From NCBI GenBank assembly GCA_012690745.1, contig GCA_012690745.1_4086.1: DNA of 64,000 nucleotides, one strand, 5' to 3'. Origin of the DNA: a phage. Positions 39,642 to 49,562 of the stretch are shown here, piece after piece. The notes beneath the pieces are model-generated. The model was not told the DNA's origin and did not search any database. It saw nothing but the letters and a program-made list of their open reading frames with translations. A program made the translations under genes and the position numbers. Position 1 is the stretch's first letter. The number at the start of each line of letters is the position of its first letter.

Positions 39642-40566
39642 ATGACAATGAATCCAAATGAAGAAAAATTTATTAATACAGTGAATGAAAAGTATGGTAC
39701 TGGTGTGTATTTGTTTGATAAAATGGTATATATTAATGCTCATAAACAGGTTGAACTTTATTGTGTAGAAGGTGGTCATTATTTCAAAATCACTCCTATG
39801 CAAATAGTCCGACCTTCTGCAAAAGGATGTAACATTTGTCAAAAAAAACACAGCATACACGACCGAAACGTTTATTGAAAAAGTTAAAACCATCCATCCA
39901 ACATTGTCATTTGAGAAAACTATCTACAAAAAACAAAGTGACAGTAATGGGCGAGTCATCGTTACATGTCATAATGATCCGAATGATGTGCATGATTGGG
40001 AAGTATCAGCCGCAACATTATTAAAAGGAAAAACTAGTTGTGGAATATGTTCTGGTAAAGGTGGAAGAAGTACTGAACGTTTCATTGAACTTGTGTCGCC
40101 TATCCATAACCATAAGTATGATTATAGCTTGGTGGATTACAAGACTAGTGATGAACATGTGGATATTATTTGTCCTGAACATGGTGTCTTTAAACAAATA
40201 CCCAAATCTCATATGGCAGGAAGAGGATGTCCATCATGTGGTGAGTATGGTTATCAACCATCAAAACCTGGATATTTCTATGTTCAAAAACTAACTAACA
40301 ATGACAAGACGGTGTACAAGTATGGAATCACTGGTGATATGAAACGCCGTGTAAACGAACAAAGTCGCAATTCTGAGTTCGAGCATGAAGTACTTGTAGA
40401 ACGCTACTTTGAAGATGGCAATCAACCATTACTGTTGGAAAAGTTCATAAAGAAATACATTGAAAGTGGTGTTGTAAGTACTGAAGAGTTATCGTCAGGA
40501 TTTACTGAAACATTTGATGCTAAGTATCTTGAAAGTGTTTTAGAAATTGTAAATACTTTTAAGTAA
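39642..40566 (+). pseudogene. Homing-endonuclease-like gene (zinc-ribbon repeats plus T5orf172/GIY-YIG-like domain) split by a frameshift at an A8 run
   Basis: ORFs 39642-39878 and 39904-40566 carry the same repeats as the 28233 gene. Removing one A from the A8 run at about 39841-39848 joins them in frame (…NICQKNTAYTTETFIEKVKTIHPTLSFEKTIYKK…). Confidence 0.5.
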
Positions 40567-40589
40567 ACAATCTAAAGGAGTTGACACGG

Positions 40590-40940
40590 ATGTTAACTGT
40601 ATACAAATTTAACAAAGAAGAGTACTTAAAGAGTCAGTACTCAAATATAGAAATAAATGTTCCTTATGGTACGTTAGTTGGATATGATGAAGCCACTGAA
40701 ACATTGTATTATAATGATGATAGATTGGATTATAGTTTAGATTCTTTCATAGAAGATATACTTAATACACATACTGAAGATATGTTGTATGAAGAATACA
40801 TCGATCATTATAGAGAACGTATGTCGGTGCTGCATTCTGATGCTCCTGTGCTAAACATTGCACAAGAACCATCGGAATTTCAGCCACATAATCCTTTTCA
40901 ACGTTTAATTGATATTGGTTTAAAATTCACTATTAGTTGA
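40590..40940 (+). CDS. Hypothetical protein (~116 aa)
   Basis: ORF with AGGAG upstream of ATG 40590; the track start 40581 is TTG. Confidence 0.4.
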   Translation: MLTVYKFNKEEYLKSQYSNIEINVPYGTLVGYDEATETLYYNDDRLDYSLDSFIEDILNTHTEDMLYEEYIDHYRERMSVLHSDAPVLNIAQEPSEFQPHNPFQRLIDIGLKFTIS

Positions 40941-40978
40941 TAGATAAATATCTCCATATTAATGATGGAGATTGAATC

Positions 40979-41288
40979 TATGTCACAGATATGTTATGTT
41001 ATAATAAACTCTGCATGGCCTGACTATGTTAAGATTGGTTTCACTTCTAAATCTGAAATGACAGAGCGTTTGAGAACGTATCAGACAGCTACCCCGTTTC
41101 GTGATTTTGAAGTTTATCATGAAGTTCACTTTGAAGACGCACGTTTAGCTGAAAAAGAGATACATAAAAGGCTTAAACAAATGAATGCAACTAGACAACC
41201 AAACACGGAGTGGTTTAAAATGTCTAAAAAGATAGCAGCAAACATCATTGATTCTGTGTGGGATGATATGGATAACGACTTGCTATAG
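40979..41288 (+). CDS. Small stand-alone T5orf172/GIY-YIG-like domain protein
   Basis: CYVIIN...YVKIGFTS...RL..YQT...EVHFED parallels the C-terminal domain of the adjacent split gene (YFYVQK...YKYGITGD...EVLVERYFED). Confidence 0.45.
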
Positions 41289-41328
41289 GAATAAATATAG
41301 TATATATTAATCATAAAGGGATTTATAC

Positions 41329-42939
41329 ATGAGCATAAGTTTTAATAACCCATTGGATACAATGACCAGTACTGGTGCTAATGGATCTTTAGAACTAATA
41401 GTGCTTGGTGGTACACCAACTAACCCAAGACCTATTCGTTTTAATTCGTCATCAGTTATTATACCAGTACAAACGTTACCTACTGGTGAACAAGGTGCAA
41501 TGGTTTTTGATCGAAACGAATTAGTTTTGAAGTATCATAACGGTACAAGTTGGATTGCAGTATACGATACTGATACTATTTTGGAACCAATTAGAATTTC
41601 ATTAGATGAAGTAAACAGAAAATTAAATTTAAAAGTAGAAAGTGTAACATACAGTAGTAGTACTGTTCCTAGTGCAAGTATTAGTGGAACAAACTTAAAC
41701 ATTGTATTCCCTACTGCTTCTAGTGGTGGTTCTGGTCCAACTGGTCTTTACACTTCACTTAAACCAGGTGCTATTACACAATATTCATTGACTTCTGGTC
41801 AATCTGTTGCTAGTATACGTGAACAAATGTCAGGACAATCGAATGGACAAAGTGGGAGAAACGGTTCACAAGGTGCTCCGTGGAAAACGTCTGACGGTTG
41901 GTGTTTTGCTGATGGTATGTGGTGGCAATGGGAGGGGGAAAATGGTACAATTACCAAACAAGTACCAAACCTTAACCAAAACGCGTACTTAAAAGGGATA
42001 TCCACATCAGGTGTAACTAAAACTGATAGTGTTATTGGTAGTAGCGGTAATATTAGCGGCACAGTATTAAGTGTTGCCCAATTACCATCACACTCATTTA
42101 GTTTTAGTGGGACCACAGGGGCTGCTGGTCGTCATGGTCATAGTCAAGCACTAAAAGGTATGGACCGTAGTGGTCTAAATGCGTTAACTTCAAGTAATGA
42201 TAACGGTATACCAACTGTAATCAATAACATTAACGAAGCACCAGACCACATTCACTCATTTAGTGGAAACACTAACACACTTGGTGGAAACCAACCACAC
42301 TATCATGGTATTAGTAACATTGATGTGGAACACTTTAACGTTGCATATCTATATAACATTGCTGAATCTAACGTCGCATTGAGTGAAAAAGTTGCAAACA
42401 CTCGTTATGTACTAAAAACTGGTGATACAATGACTGGTTCATTGACTATTGCAAACAGTGCGTCAATTAAGTCAAATGATACATCATTAGTTCTATATTT
42501 CCGTAACGCAAGCGGTGGTGAGCGTGCGGCAGTGTATCATAACTCTTCAAATAATACATTGAGATTACGTTCCGGTGGAGCAGAAGTTACTGTAAACTCT
42601 TCTGGTACTTTAGCTGCTCCATCATTAACTGTTTCTAACAACTCAGCTACTGTTGGTGGTAAAAATATTGTTCGTTCAATTAACGGTACTGCTGCTGATG
42701 CTAGTGGCAACGTTACTTTGCAAATTAGTACTAATAACGTACAAAGTATTCGTTTGAGTGCACGTATTGAAACAAGTAAAATACCTGATTCTTCATGGAC
42801 ATATACACCAGAAGGTGCATTTATGGATGGCGTATGGATTTCTGTTAATGGTAGTTCAGGCACTCACTTAGAACGAATTAGTTATCGCTATGTTCAAATG
42901 CAAATAAATGGTAACTGGGAAACAGTACGTCAACAATAA
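41329..42939 (+). CDS. Tail fiber / short tail fiber-like protein with collar-type His motifs
   Basis: Ser/Thr/Gly-rich repetitive sequence. HxH-type motifs (PDHIHSFSG, PHYHG, GRHGH) resembling the phage tail-collar / gp12 receptor-binding region. Confidence 0.45.
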   Translation: MSISFNNPLDTMTSTGANGSLELIVLGGTPTNPRPIRFNSSSVIIPVQTLPTGEQGAMVFDRNELVLKYHNGTSWIAVYDTDTILEPIRISLDEVNRKLNLKVESVTYSSSTVPSASISGTNLNIVFPTASSGGSGPTGLYTSLKPGAITQYSLTSGQSVASIREQMSGQSNGQSGRNGSQGAPWKTSDGWCFADGMWWQWEGENGTITKQVPNLNQNAYLKGISTSGVTKTDSVIGSSGNISGTVLSVAQLPSHSFSFSGTTGAAGRHGHSQALKGMDRSGLNALTSSNDNGIPTVINNINEAPDHIHSFSGNTNTLGGNQPHYHGISNIDVEHFNVAYLYNIAESNVALSEKVANTRYVLKTGDTMTGSLTIANSASIKSNDTSLVLYFRNASGGERAAVYHNSSNNTLRLRSGGAEVTVNSSGTLAAPSLTVSNNSATVGGKNIVRSINGTAADASGNVTLQISTNNVQSIRLSARIETSKIPDSSWTYTPEGAFMDGVWISVNGSSGTHLERISYRYVQMQINGNWETVRQQ

Positions 42940-42949
42940 GGAATGTGTA

Positions 42950-43465
42950 ATGCAACTAACAAATTTTAAGATGTATGAAAAAGAAGGTGGTAATCCTAAT
43001 TCTTTGTATATGATGTCCGATGAAGGTATGGATTGGTATGAATCTCGTGAATTGTTTGACATTAATAAAGCAAAATTTATGTATGATACTAATGGTTTAA
43101 TTGTTTCAGCATCATATAACATTTATGATCTAGTACCTTTAGGTTTTAGTGTTTCTGAAATTGAATATGATGGTGATATTAACAAACTTTATGGTATGGT
43201 TTACGATGGAAATACTATTCATGACTATATTGAAACTAAAGAAGAAAAAATTGAACGCCTAAAAAATGAATTATCTAATTTGAAATACATTGCAATTCAA
43301 GAACTTGGACACTTAAAAACTGCTATGGATCTTGAGTTAGCAACTGATGAAGAAGCTGTATTGTTTGTAAAATTGAAAGATTATGTAACGCAATTGAATT
43401 CAATCAAACCAGCAGACATGATCAAGAAAACATTTTCATTTCCAGTTAAACCGGAAAAAAAATGA
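42950..43465 (+). CDS. Putative tail fiber assembly chaperone
   Basis: Small gene immediately after the fibre-like gene with overlapping RBS. Position-based; weak. Confidence 0.3.
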   Translation: MQLTNFKMYEKEGGNPNSLYMMSDEGMDWYESRELFDINKAKFMYDTNGLIVSASYNIYDLVPLGFSVSEIEYDGDINKLYGMVYDGNTIHDYIETKEEKIERLKNELSNLKYIAIQELGHLKTAMDLELATDEEAVLFVKLKDYVTQLNSIKPADMIKKTFSFPVKPEKK

Positions 43466-43494
43466 GACAACACGTAAAGACGTGATACAATTAA

Positions 43495-43530
43495 GTCATC
43501 TCACCGATTGTGGTGAGGTGACATTTTTTT
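43495..43530 (+). terminator. Rho-independent terminator
   Basis: About 11-bp stem (GTCATCTCACC / GGTGAGGTGAC, one mismatch) followed by ATTTTTTT. Confidence 0.65.
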
Positions 43531-43555
43531 GAAAACACACATGGAGAAATACAAA

Positions 43556-43858
43556 ATGGCTAAATCTAAAAAAGAAGTTAAAGTTGAAATTCGTGATCTA
43601 AACGATGAACAACGTAAACGTCTCGGTGACGCACTTAACAACATTGTTGTACAACTAACTTTCATTGATGATACCAAAGCATCCTTATCTGATTTTGTTT
43701 CTAGTGTTTCTGATGAACTTGGTATCGATGCATCTGATATCAAACAAGCTGCACAACGTATGTACAAAGGTGATTACTTTGACAAACAAAATAAACTCGA
43801 TAATATCGAAACTATTCTTAGTGTTACTAATAATCTTCCACAAGCAGATGATTACTAA
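43556..43858 (+). CDS. Hypothetical protein (100 aa)
   Basis: ORF with GGAG RBS, bounded by terminators. Confidence 0.4.
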   Translation: MAKSKKEVKVEIRDLNDEQRKRLGDALNNIVVQLTFIDDTKASLSDFVSSVSDELGIDASDIKQAAQRMYKGDYFDKQNKLDNIETILSVTNNLPQADDY

Positions 43859-43880
43859 TTAGTACTAAAATATATTAAAT

Positions 43881-43908
43881 AGCCTCCAATGACGGAGGCT
43901 TTCTTTTT
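43881..43908 (+). terminator. Rho-independent terminator
   Basis: Stem AGCCTCC / GGAGGCT followed by TTCTTTTT. Confidence 0.6.
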
Positions 43909-43937
43909 AACTTAATAAACGTAAGGGAATACAAACG

Positions 43938-46900
43938 ATGTATATCGATGCTTATATGGAACGTAAACGTACTGGTGATATTCTTCATGTAGTTGAACGT
44001 AAGAATGGTAAACGTATTCTACGCGAATTAGATCCAGTATATGAATATTATGTTGAATCCCCACAAGGAACACATAAAACTGTTTATGGTACAATGGCTA
44101 AACATTTTGAGTTTCAAACTCAAGCTCAAATGAATAAAAGTGTAGAGCAACACAAAAGTGAAGGTCTACGTATTTTTGAAAGTGATTGTAACATTACATT
44201 TAAAACATTAGCTAAAGAATATATGGGAAAAGGTTCACCCGATTTGAACATCGTGTTCTTCGATATCGAGACTGATTTCCATAAGAAATTTGGTTATGCT
44301 CCACCATCAGACCCGTTTAACCGAGTAACCGCTATTTCTCTATATCAATCATGGACTGGAAAGGATTATGTACTTACTTTACCACCTGCTGATATGGAAA
44401 TTTATGAAGCACAAGATATTGTTCGCCAACTAAATGAAGAAACAAACGATCCTAACAGTACTGTAATTTTATATACAGACGAAAAGGAAATGTTTATGGA
44501 ATTCTTTAGTTTAATTGATGATTCTGATGTTATTTCAGGATGGAATAGTGAATTCTTTGATATTCCATATATGATCAATCGAACTAAAAAAATCTTCAAT
44601 GAAGCAACAACTGCTCGTTGGTGTTTATGGAATAAAAAACCAAATTCACGTGAAGCAGACAACTTTGGTAAAACTGTTCAAACATATGATCTGGTAGGTC
44701 GCGTCCATCTTGATTATTTGGCTTTGTATAAGAAACATGCTGGTCAAGTTGAACAATCTTATAAACTAGATTATATTGCTGAAAAAGTAACTAAAGAAAA
44801 TAAAGTATCATATGAAGGTTCATTGGATAAACTTTACAGAGAGGATTACATTACTTTCTTGCGTTATTCTAAACAGGATAGTATTCTTCTTAAAAAGATT
44901 GATGCTAAATGTGACTATATCAACCTACACAATCGACTTGCACACAAAGAATGTGTACTTATCAGTACAACAATGGGTTCAGTAGCACTAATCGACACTG
45001 CTATTATCAACTTAGCACATACTCGTGGTGAAGTTGTTTTCAACAAAGCACCGAAAGATGATCTTGAGTTTGATCCAGAAATGGAATATTATGGTGAAGA
45101 TGGTGAAGATGAAGATGAGAAAATTAGTGCAAAAGCAGCAGGTGCATGGGTACAAGATCCAGTACTAGGACTTGTAAGTGACCTTGGGTGTACTGACTTT
45201 AACTCTCTTTACCCTACTGTTCTACGTACTTTGGGTATGAGTACTGAATGTATTCTTGGTCAATTACGTCAAGATTACACCGATGCGTATCTTGCAGCTA
45301 AAATCCAAGAACAGAAGAACAAATCTAAATCTAAATCATTTGAACCAGATTGGACTGCGGCATGGCATGGTTTATTTGCTGCTGTTGAATTTACAATGGT
45401 TCATGAAAAGTCAGAAGAAACATTGATTGTTGATTTAGAAGATGGGAGTTCTTTTAAAGCAACGGGCAAAGAGCTATATGATATTATTTTTGCAGAAGAT
45501 AGTACTATTGTACTTAGTGCAAACGGAACACTTTTTGATAAGTCTAAGTCTGGTGTAATTCCTGACATTCTAACTCAATGGTATTCTGAACGTAAAGCAC
45601 AGCAAAAAATGGTCATTGACTACAAACATATGTATACTGATGGTTGGGAGTTTAATGGCTATGAAAAAGTCGAACCACTACTATCAAACTATACCCCTGG
45701 TACAATGTTTAGAACTAATATTCATGATAATGATCCTGTATACTTACTTCGTAAAGAAATTGGTAAAGGACAGTGGGATGAAGTTGCTAAGTTGATTGTA
45801 GAAAACGGATTAGTACTAAAAGATGGTCGTATTTTCTGTCCTAAAGAAGAAAAAGATTACTTCAAACAACGTAGTGCTTTCTGGAAACAGAACCAACAGA
45901 TTCGTAAGATTCTTCTAAACAGTCTATATGGTGCACTATTGAACAAAGGTTCTCGTTTTTTTGACAAACGTTTAGGTCAATCCGTAACATTAACTGGACG
46001 TTCTATGACCAAACATATGGCAAGTCGTATCAATGAAATTACTACTGGTGTATATAACCACCAAGGTGGTTCAGTAATTTATGGTGATACTGACTCAGTT
46101 TACTTTAGTGTAACTCATTATCTGAAAGAACAAGGTATTCCATATAATCTATCTAAAGAAGAGATTGTTGATATGTATATTAAAATTGGTGAAGAAGTTG
46201 GTGAATCTTTCCCATCATTTATGCATGAGATGTTCAACACTGGTATTGAAAAAGGTAAGATTGTTGGTGCAGACCTTGAGATGGTTGGTTCGCGTGGCCT
46301 ATTCTTGAAGAAAAAACGTTATGCAATTCTGAAGTACTGGGAAGATGGGTTCCGTAAAGATATTGATGGTAAACCAGGTGAAATCAAAGCGATGGGTCTT
46401 GAAATTAAACGCTCAGACACGCCAAAATACATCCAGAACTTCCTAGAAGAGACTCTAATCGCATTACTGGTAGGTGAGAGTGAACAGCAGCTAAAACAGC
46501 GTGTACGTGAGTTTAAGGACGTATTTAAGGATATGCCTGTACATGAAAAAGGTTCACCAAAAACTGTAAAAAACTACACTAATTTAGAGGCTGAATATCA
46601 GCTAACTGGTAAGTGTAAAGTTGGTCACGTTCTTGCTGGTATCCAATGGAACCGTCTACGTGAAGTTTATGATGATAAATCTGTTCCAGAAGTAACAGAT
46701 GGAACAAAAGTAATTGTCTGTAACTTAAAAGATAATCCTATGGGAATTAAAGCAGTTGGTTATCCAATTGACTGTGTTGAGTATCTTCCAGAATGGTTCT
46801 TGGAACTACCATTTGATACTGAAAAAATGGAAGAGATTGTTCTAACTAAAAAATTAGAGAATATTTTTGGTATTTTGGATATGGATATTGGTATTCATGA

Positions 46901-46943
46901 AAAAAGTACTGCGTCAGTAAACAATGGATTCTTCACTTGGTAA
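43938..46943 (+). CDS. gp43: DNA polymerase, family B (gp43-like), with 3'-5' exonuclease domain
   Basis: Exo I FDIETD, polymerase motif A DFNSLYPT, motif C YGDTDSVYF, KxxxNSxYG motif (KILLNSLYGAL). Confidence 0.9.
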   Translation: MYIDAYMERKRTGDILHVVERKNGKRILRELDPVYEYYVESPQGTHKTVYGTMAKHFEFQTQAQMNKSVEQHKSEGLRIFESDCNITFKTLAKEYMGKGSPDLNIVFFDIETDFHKKFGYAPPSDPFNRVTAISLYQSWTGKDYVLTLPPADMEIYEAQDIVRQLNEETNDPNSTVILYTDEKEMFMEFFSLIDDSDVISGWNSEFFDIPYMINRTKKIFNEATTARWCLWNKKPNSREADNFGKTVQTYDLVGRVHLDYLALYKKHAGQVEQSYKLDYIAEKVTKENKVSYEGSLDKLYREDYITFLRYSKQDSILLKKIDAKCDYINLHNRLAHKECVLISTTMGSVALIDTAIINLAHTRGEVVFNKAPKDDLEFDPEMEYYGEDGEDEDEKISAKAAGAWVQDPVLGLVSDLGCTDFNSLYPTVLRTLGMSTECILGQLRQDYTDAYLAAKIQEQKNKSKSKSFEPDWTAAWHGLFAAVEFTMVHEKSEETLIVDLEDGSSFKATGKELYDIIFAEDSTIVLSANGTLFDKSKSGVIPDILTQWYSERKAQQKMVIDYKHMYTDGWEFNGYEKVEPLLSNYTPGTMFRTNIHDNDPVYLLRKEIGKGQWDEVAKLIVENGLVLKDGRIFCPKEEKDYFKQRSAFWKQNQQIRKILLNSLYGALLNKGSRFFDKRLGQSVTLTGRSMTKHMASRINEITTGVYNHQGGSVIYGDTDSVYFSVTHYLKEQGIPYNLSKEEIVDMYIKIGEEVGESFPSFMHEMFNTGIEKGKIVGADLEMVGSRGLFLKKKRYAILKYWEDGFRKDIDGKPGEIKAMGLEIKRSDTPKYIQNFLEETLIALLVGESEQQLKQRVREFKDVFKDMPVHEKGSPKTVKNYTNLEAEYQLTGKCKVGHVLAGIQWNRLREVYDDKSVPEVTDGTKVIVCNLKDNPMGIKAVGYPIDCVEYLPEWFLELPFDTEKMEEIVLTKKLENIFGILDMDIGIHEKSTASVNNGFFTW

Positions 46944-47093
46944 GGAGTAATAATATGGTTATTGTAAATGAAATTGAACTAAACTATGACGAAGTAAACG
47001 ATACTTTCACTAATGAGATGTTGAATCTTACTGAAGAAAGTGTAAATGAGGCATGGGAAAAATATGTAGAATGGACTTCATTACAAGGTAAAA

Positions 47094-47393
47094 ATGATGA
47101 GTAATATATATAAGCGTATTGGTGAAGTATTAGAAGGTAATGGTATCATTAATTCTGTACTAGCATATGATAATGATGAAGAAGTAGTTCTAATTGGTGC
47201 GGGTTTTACTCGCACTGGTTCAGTGGAAGTTGACGGAGAGATTGCTGATGTTTACACTCTTGTGAAAAAGCGTAAAGTTGTTTTTGTCGATGATGTACAT
47301 ACATTAAAAGACTTGAAAAAATTACGCGATAAAATTGGCATGAGTTCTACAATTGATAAGCCTTATCTTCAACGTTGGAATACAAAATACTGA
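47094..47393 (+). CDS. Hypothetical protein (99 aa)
   Basis: ORF in the replication module. Confidence 0.35.
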   Translation: MMSNIYKRIGEVLEGNGIINSVLAYDNDEEVVLIGAGFTRTGSVEVDGEIADVYTLVKKRKVVFVDDVHTLKDLKKLRDKIGMSSTIDKPYLQRWNTKY

Positions 47394-47400
47394 TAAAAAA

Positions 47401-47430
47401 TTGAGACAAGCATCATTTTTGAGATATAAT
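47401..47430 (+). promoter_or_regulatory. Sigma70-like promoter (TTGAGA - 18 bp - TATAAT)
   Basis: Both hexamers present upstream of the clamp gene. Confidence 0.4.
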
Positions 47431-47495
47431 GGTGCTTGTAGTAATCTTACATAAAAAAACATTTTTGATTAACAAATAAAACGGAGAATTATATA

Positions 47496-48227
47496 ATGGA
47501 TCTACGCAACGTACTACGTGACCTCGTAAACACAACCAGCGGTATTGACTTCTCTTGTATTGCAGTAAGCAGTGAAGACCGTGGTGAAGGACAACGTGTA
47601 TATCTAGAAGCGTACACAGATGACCGAACTCTTGTAATGCGAGCATATACTAAAGAAGATGTTCCTGAAGTTCAGGGTCGTTTTGGTTTAGGTAATCTAG
47701 GTCTTCTTCAGGGTCTAATGTCTCTAAAAACATACAGTACTGAAGGAACCACAATCACATCAAATGTTAAAGATGGTTCAGTTAAAAGTCTGGCATTTAA
47801 ATCTGAAGATGCAAGCACTACATTTATGGTACAAGCTGAAAAACTTATTCCAGTTCAACCACGTTTTCATGAACAACCATATGACGTACAGGTTATTCCT
47901 AGTGCAGCAAAAGTTCAGGAACTAAAGAGTTTTTCTGGTGTATTTAAATCTTTTAGTTCTCTTGTAACTCCATATACTGAAGGTGACACCCTATACTTTC
48001 ACGTTGGTGAGAAAAACAAAAGCAACCACGTTGGTTCTCTAGCTTTTTCTAAAACTGAAGGTGAATTAGGTCTTGGTTTTGGTTATAATATTGATCGCGT
48101 ACTTCAAGCATTATCTCGCGTATCCAATGCCGAATCAGTATCACTTGGTATTACTAAAACTGGTATGCTAAATGTAACACTAGATACTGGAATTGCAGTA
48201 TACAAATTTTACGTAACAGGCTGCTAA
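47496..48227 (+). CDS. gp45: Sliding clamp processivity factor (gp45-like)
   Basis: Length about 240 aa; N-terminus LRDLVNTTSGIDF and GLGNLGLLQGLMSL resemble T4 gp45 segments. Modest by-eye similarity. Confidence 0.5.
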   Translation: MDLRNVLRDLVNTTSGIDFSCIAVSSEDRGEGQRVYLEAYTDDRTLVMRAYTKEDVPEVQGRFGLGNLGLLQGLMSLKTYSTEGTTITSNVKDGSVKSLAFKSEDASTTFMVQAEKLIPVQPRFHEQPYDVQVIPSAAKVQELKSFSGVFKSFSSLVTPYTEGDTLYFHVGEKNKSNHVGSLAFSKTEGELGLGFGYNIDRVLQALSRVSNAESVSLGITKTGMLNVTLDTGIAVYKFYVTGC

Positions 48228-48235
48228 TATAAATA
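48228..48235 (+). promoter_or_regulatory. T4-type late promoter (TATAAATA) followed by a leader hairpin
   Basis: Perfect octamer directly after the clamp stop; hairpin GGGGAACA/TGTTCCCC just downstream; drives the Zn-ribbon and GroES-like genes. Confidence 0.4.
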
Positions 48236-48291
48236 ACGGGGAACATAGTGTTCCCCAAATTGGTTTGATTTAAAAAGTAAAGGAATACAAA

Positions 48292-48498
48292 ATGCCATTA
48301 TATACATATCGTTGTGAAAAAGAAGAATGCAAACATAGCATGGAAAAAATTGTTAAAATTGCAAACCGTGATGAACCTCATGATTGTCCTAAATGTAATG
48401 GTGAAAAAACTATGAAGTTGGAAGTATTCACTCCAGGTGATAAGGGTGCTAATCTTTATTTCCGTGGAAAATGGTTTGCAAATACTGGAGGTTACTAA
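48292..48498 (+). CDS. Small zinc-ribbon protein (68 aa)
   Basis: Two Cys pairs (CEKEEC and CPKC). Confidence 0.45.
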   Translation: MPLYTYRCEKEECKHSMEKIVKIANRDEPHDCPKCNGEKTMKLEVFTPGDKGANLYFRGKWFANTGGY

Positions 48499-48499
48499 T

Positions 48500-48799
48500 A
48501 TGAAAATTAAAATGATTAATGATTACGTTCTTGTTCGACAAATTGAAGCACAGAATAAAAGTACTGGTGGTATTATTCTAGGTAATGTTGAACCACCATG
48601 TATTGGGATGGTAATTTCCGTTGGTCCAGGTAAAATTCTTCCGAACGGACAACTTGCAGAACATAATATTAAAGAAGGTGATATGGTTGTGTTTGGTCGT
48701 TCATCTTTGAACACACCACTGACTGAAGATCTTGGTGGCGGCGAAGATACATATTATGTAATGAAAATCGAAGAGATTTTTGGTAAGAAAAATGGCTAA
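48500..48799 (+). CDS. GroES-family co-chaperonin (functional analogue of T4 gp31)
   Basis: VLVRQIEAQNKSTGGIILGN mobile-loop region and the overall pattern parallel bacterial GroES ([20 protein letters not shown] as recalled). Confidence 0.7.
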   Translation: MKIKMINDYVLVRQIEAQNKSTGGIILGNVEPPCIGMVISVGPGKILPNGQLAEHNIKEGDMVVFGRSSLNTPLTEDLGGGEDTYYVMKIEEIFGKKNG

Positions 48800-49517
48800 A
48801 AAGAAATTTATTCCATTTTGGATGGTCCCTGCTCACTGGGGACTTTCTGGAAAGGCAAAAGAGATAGCTAAAGCATACTACTACAATGATGATTATGAAG
48901 CTGATATGAAAGTTGCTGAATTGACATATCTAACTCCATATGAAGTTGAAGTGGCCCAATTGGATATTAAAAAGAAATATAGCGTAATTGGAGATTTGGA
49001 ATATCTAATTGCTGTACTTGATGTTGAACTAAAATATTCTAAAATTACTCGTGAACAGTATGATGTTAAAGTTCTTGATGCAAAACTAAGTACTGGTTCT
49101 ATTACTGAAAAAGAATATGATATGGAAATCATTGAGTTAATGCCAGACGGTGATGAAAAAAGGCTTAAGGCTATAGAATTTGCATATCGTTATGAAGAAA
49201 TCACTCAAAGTGAATATTCAAAGGAGATATATACACTTCGAAAAGAGCCTTGGATTGATTTGGATGTGGTTCTTGATCCTGAAACAAATGAAGTTGAGTT
49301 TGTTTTTGACTATAACGAATATTTCTGGAAAAAGTTGAAAGCCGAAGGTCATCCAGGTAATGATGAAGAAGAAATCATAGATAACTTTGTTAGAGACTTG
49401 GGGCGTAAACTTGCTACGGATGATTTCAGTGATGATTACGACACAAAGCTAGTGAGTGCGAACGAAGGATTAGACAAGCTACCTGGTTTACCTGAAGGAT
49501 TTCGTTCATATAGATAA
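48792..49517 (+). CDS. Hypothetical protein (~241 aa)
   Basis: ORF overlapping the GroES-like stop; the ATG at 48792 is in the track ORF frame. Confidence 0.4.
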   Translation: MAKKKFIPFWMVPAHWGLSGKAKEIAKAYYYNDDYEADMKVAELTYLTPYEVEVAQLDIKKKYSVIGDLEYLIAVLDVELKYSKITREQYDVKVLDAKLSTGSITEKEYDMEIIELMPDGDEKRLKAIEFAYRYEEITQSEYSKEIYTLRKEPWIDLDVVLDPETNEVEFVFDYNEYFWKKLKAEGHPGNDEEEIIDNFVRDLGRKLATDDFSDDYDTKLVSANEGLDKLPGLPEGFRSYR

Positions 49518-49526
49518 AAATAAAAA

Positions 49527-49555
49527 AGGAGAGCATTTGCTCTCCTTTTCTTTTG
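49527..49555. terminator. Bidirectional rho-independent terminator between convergent genes
   Basis: Stem AGGAGAGC / GCTCTCCT flanked by A-run and T-run; near-identical to the hairpin at 2957-2983. Confidence 0.65.
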
Positions 49556-49562
49556 TAAAATA

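Noticed and set aside
48236-48260. Hairpin GGGGAACA/TGTTCCCC as a terminator after the clamp gene
   Set aside because: It is not followed by a U-tract and lies directly downstream of a perfect late-promoter octamer, so it is more likely a 5' leader structure.
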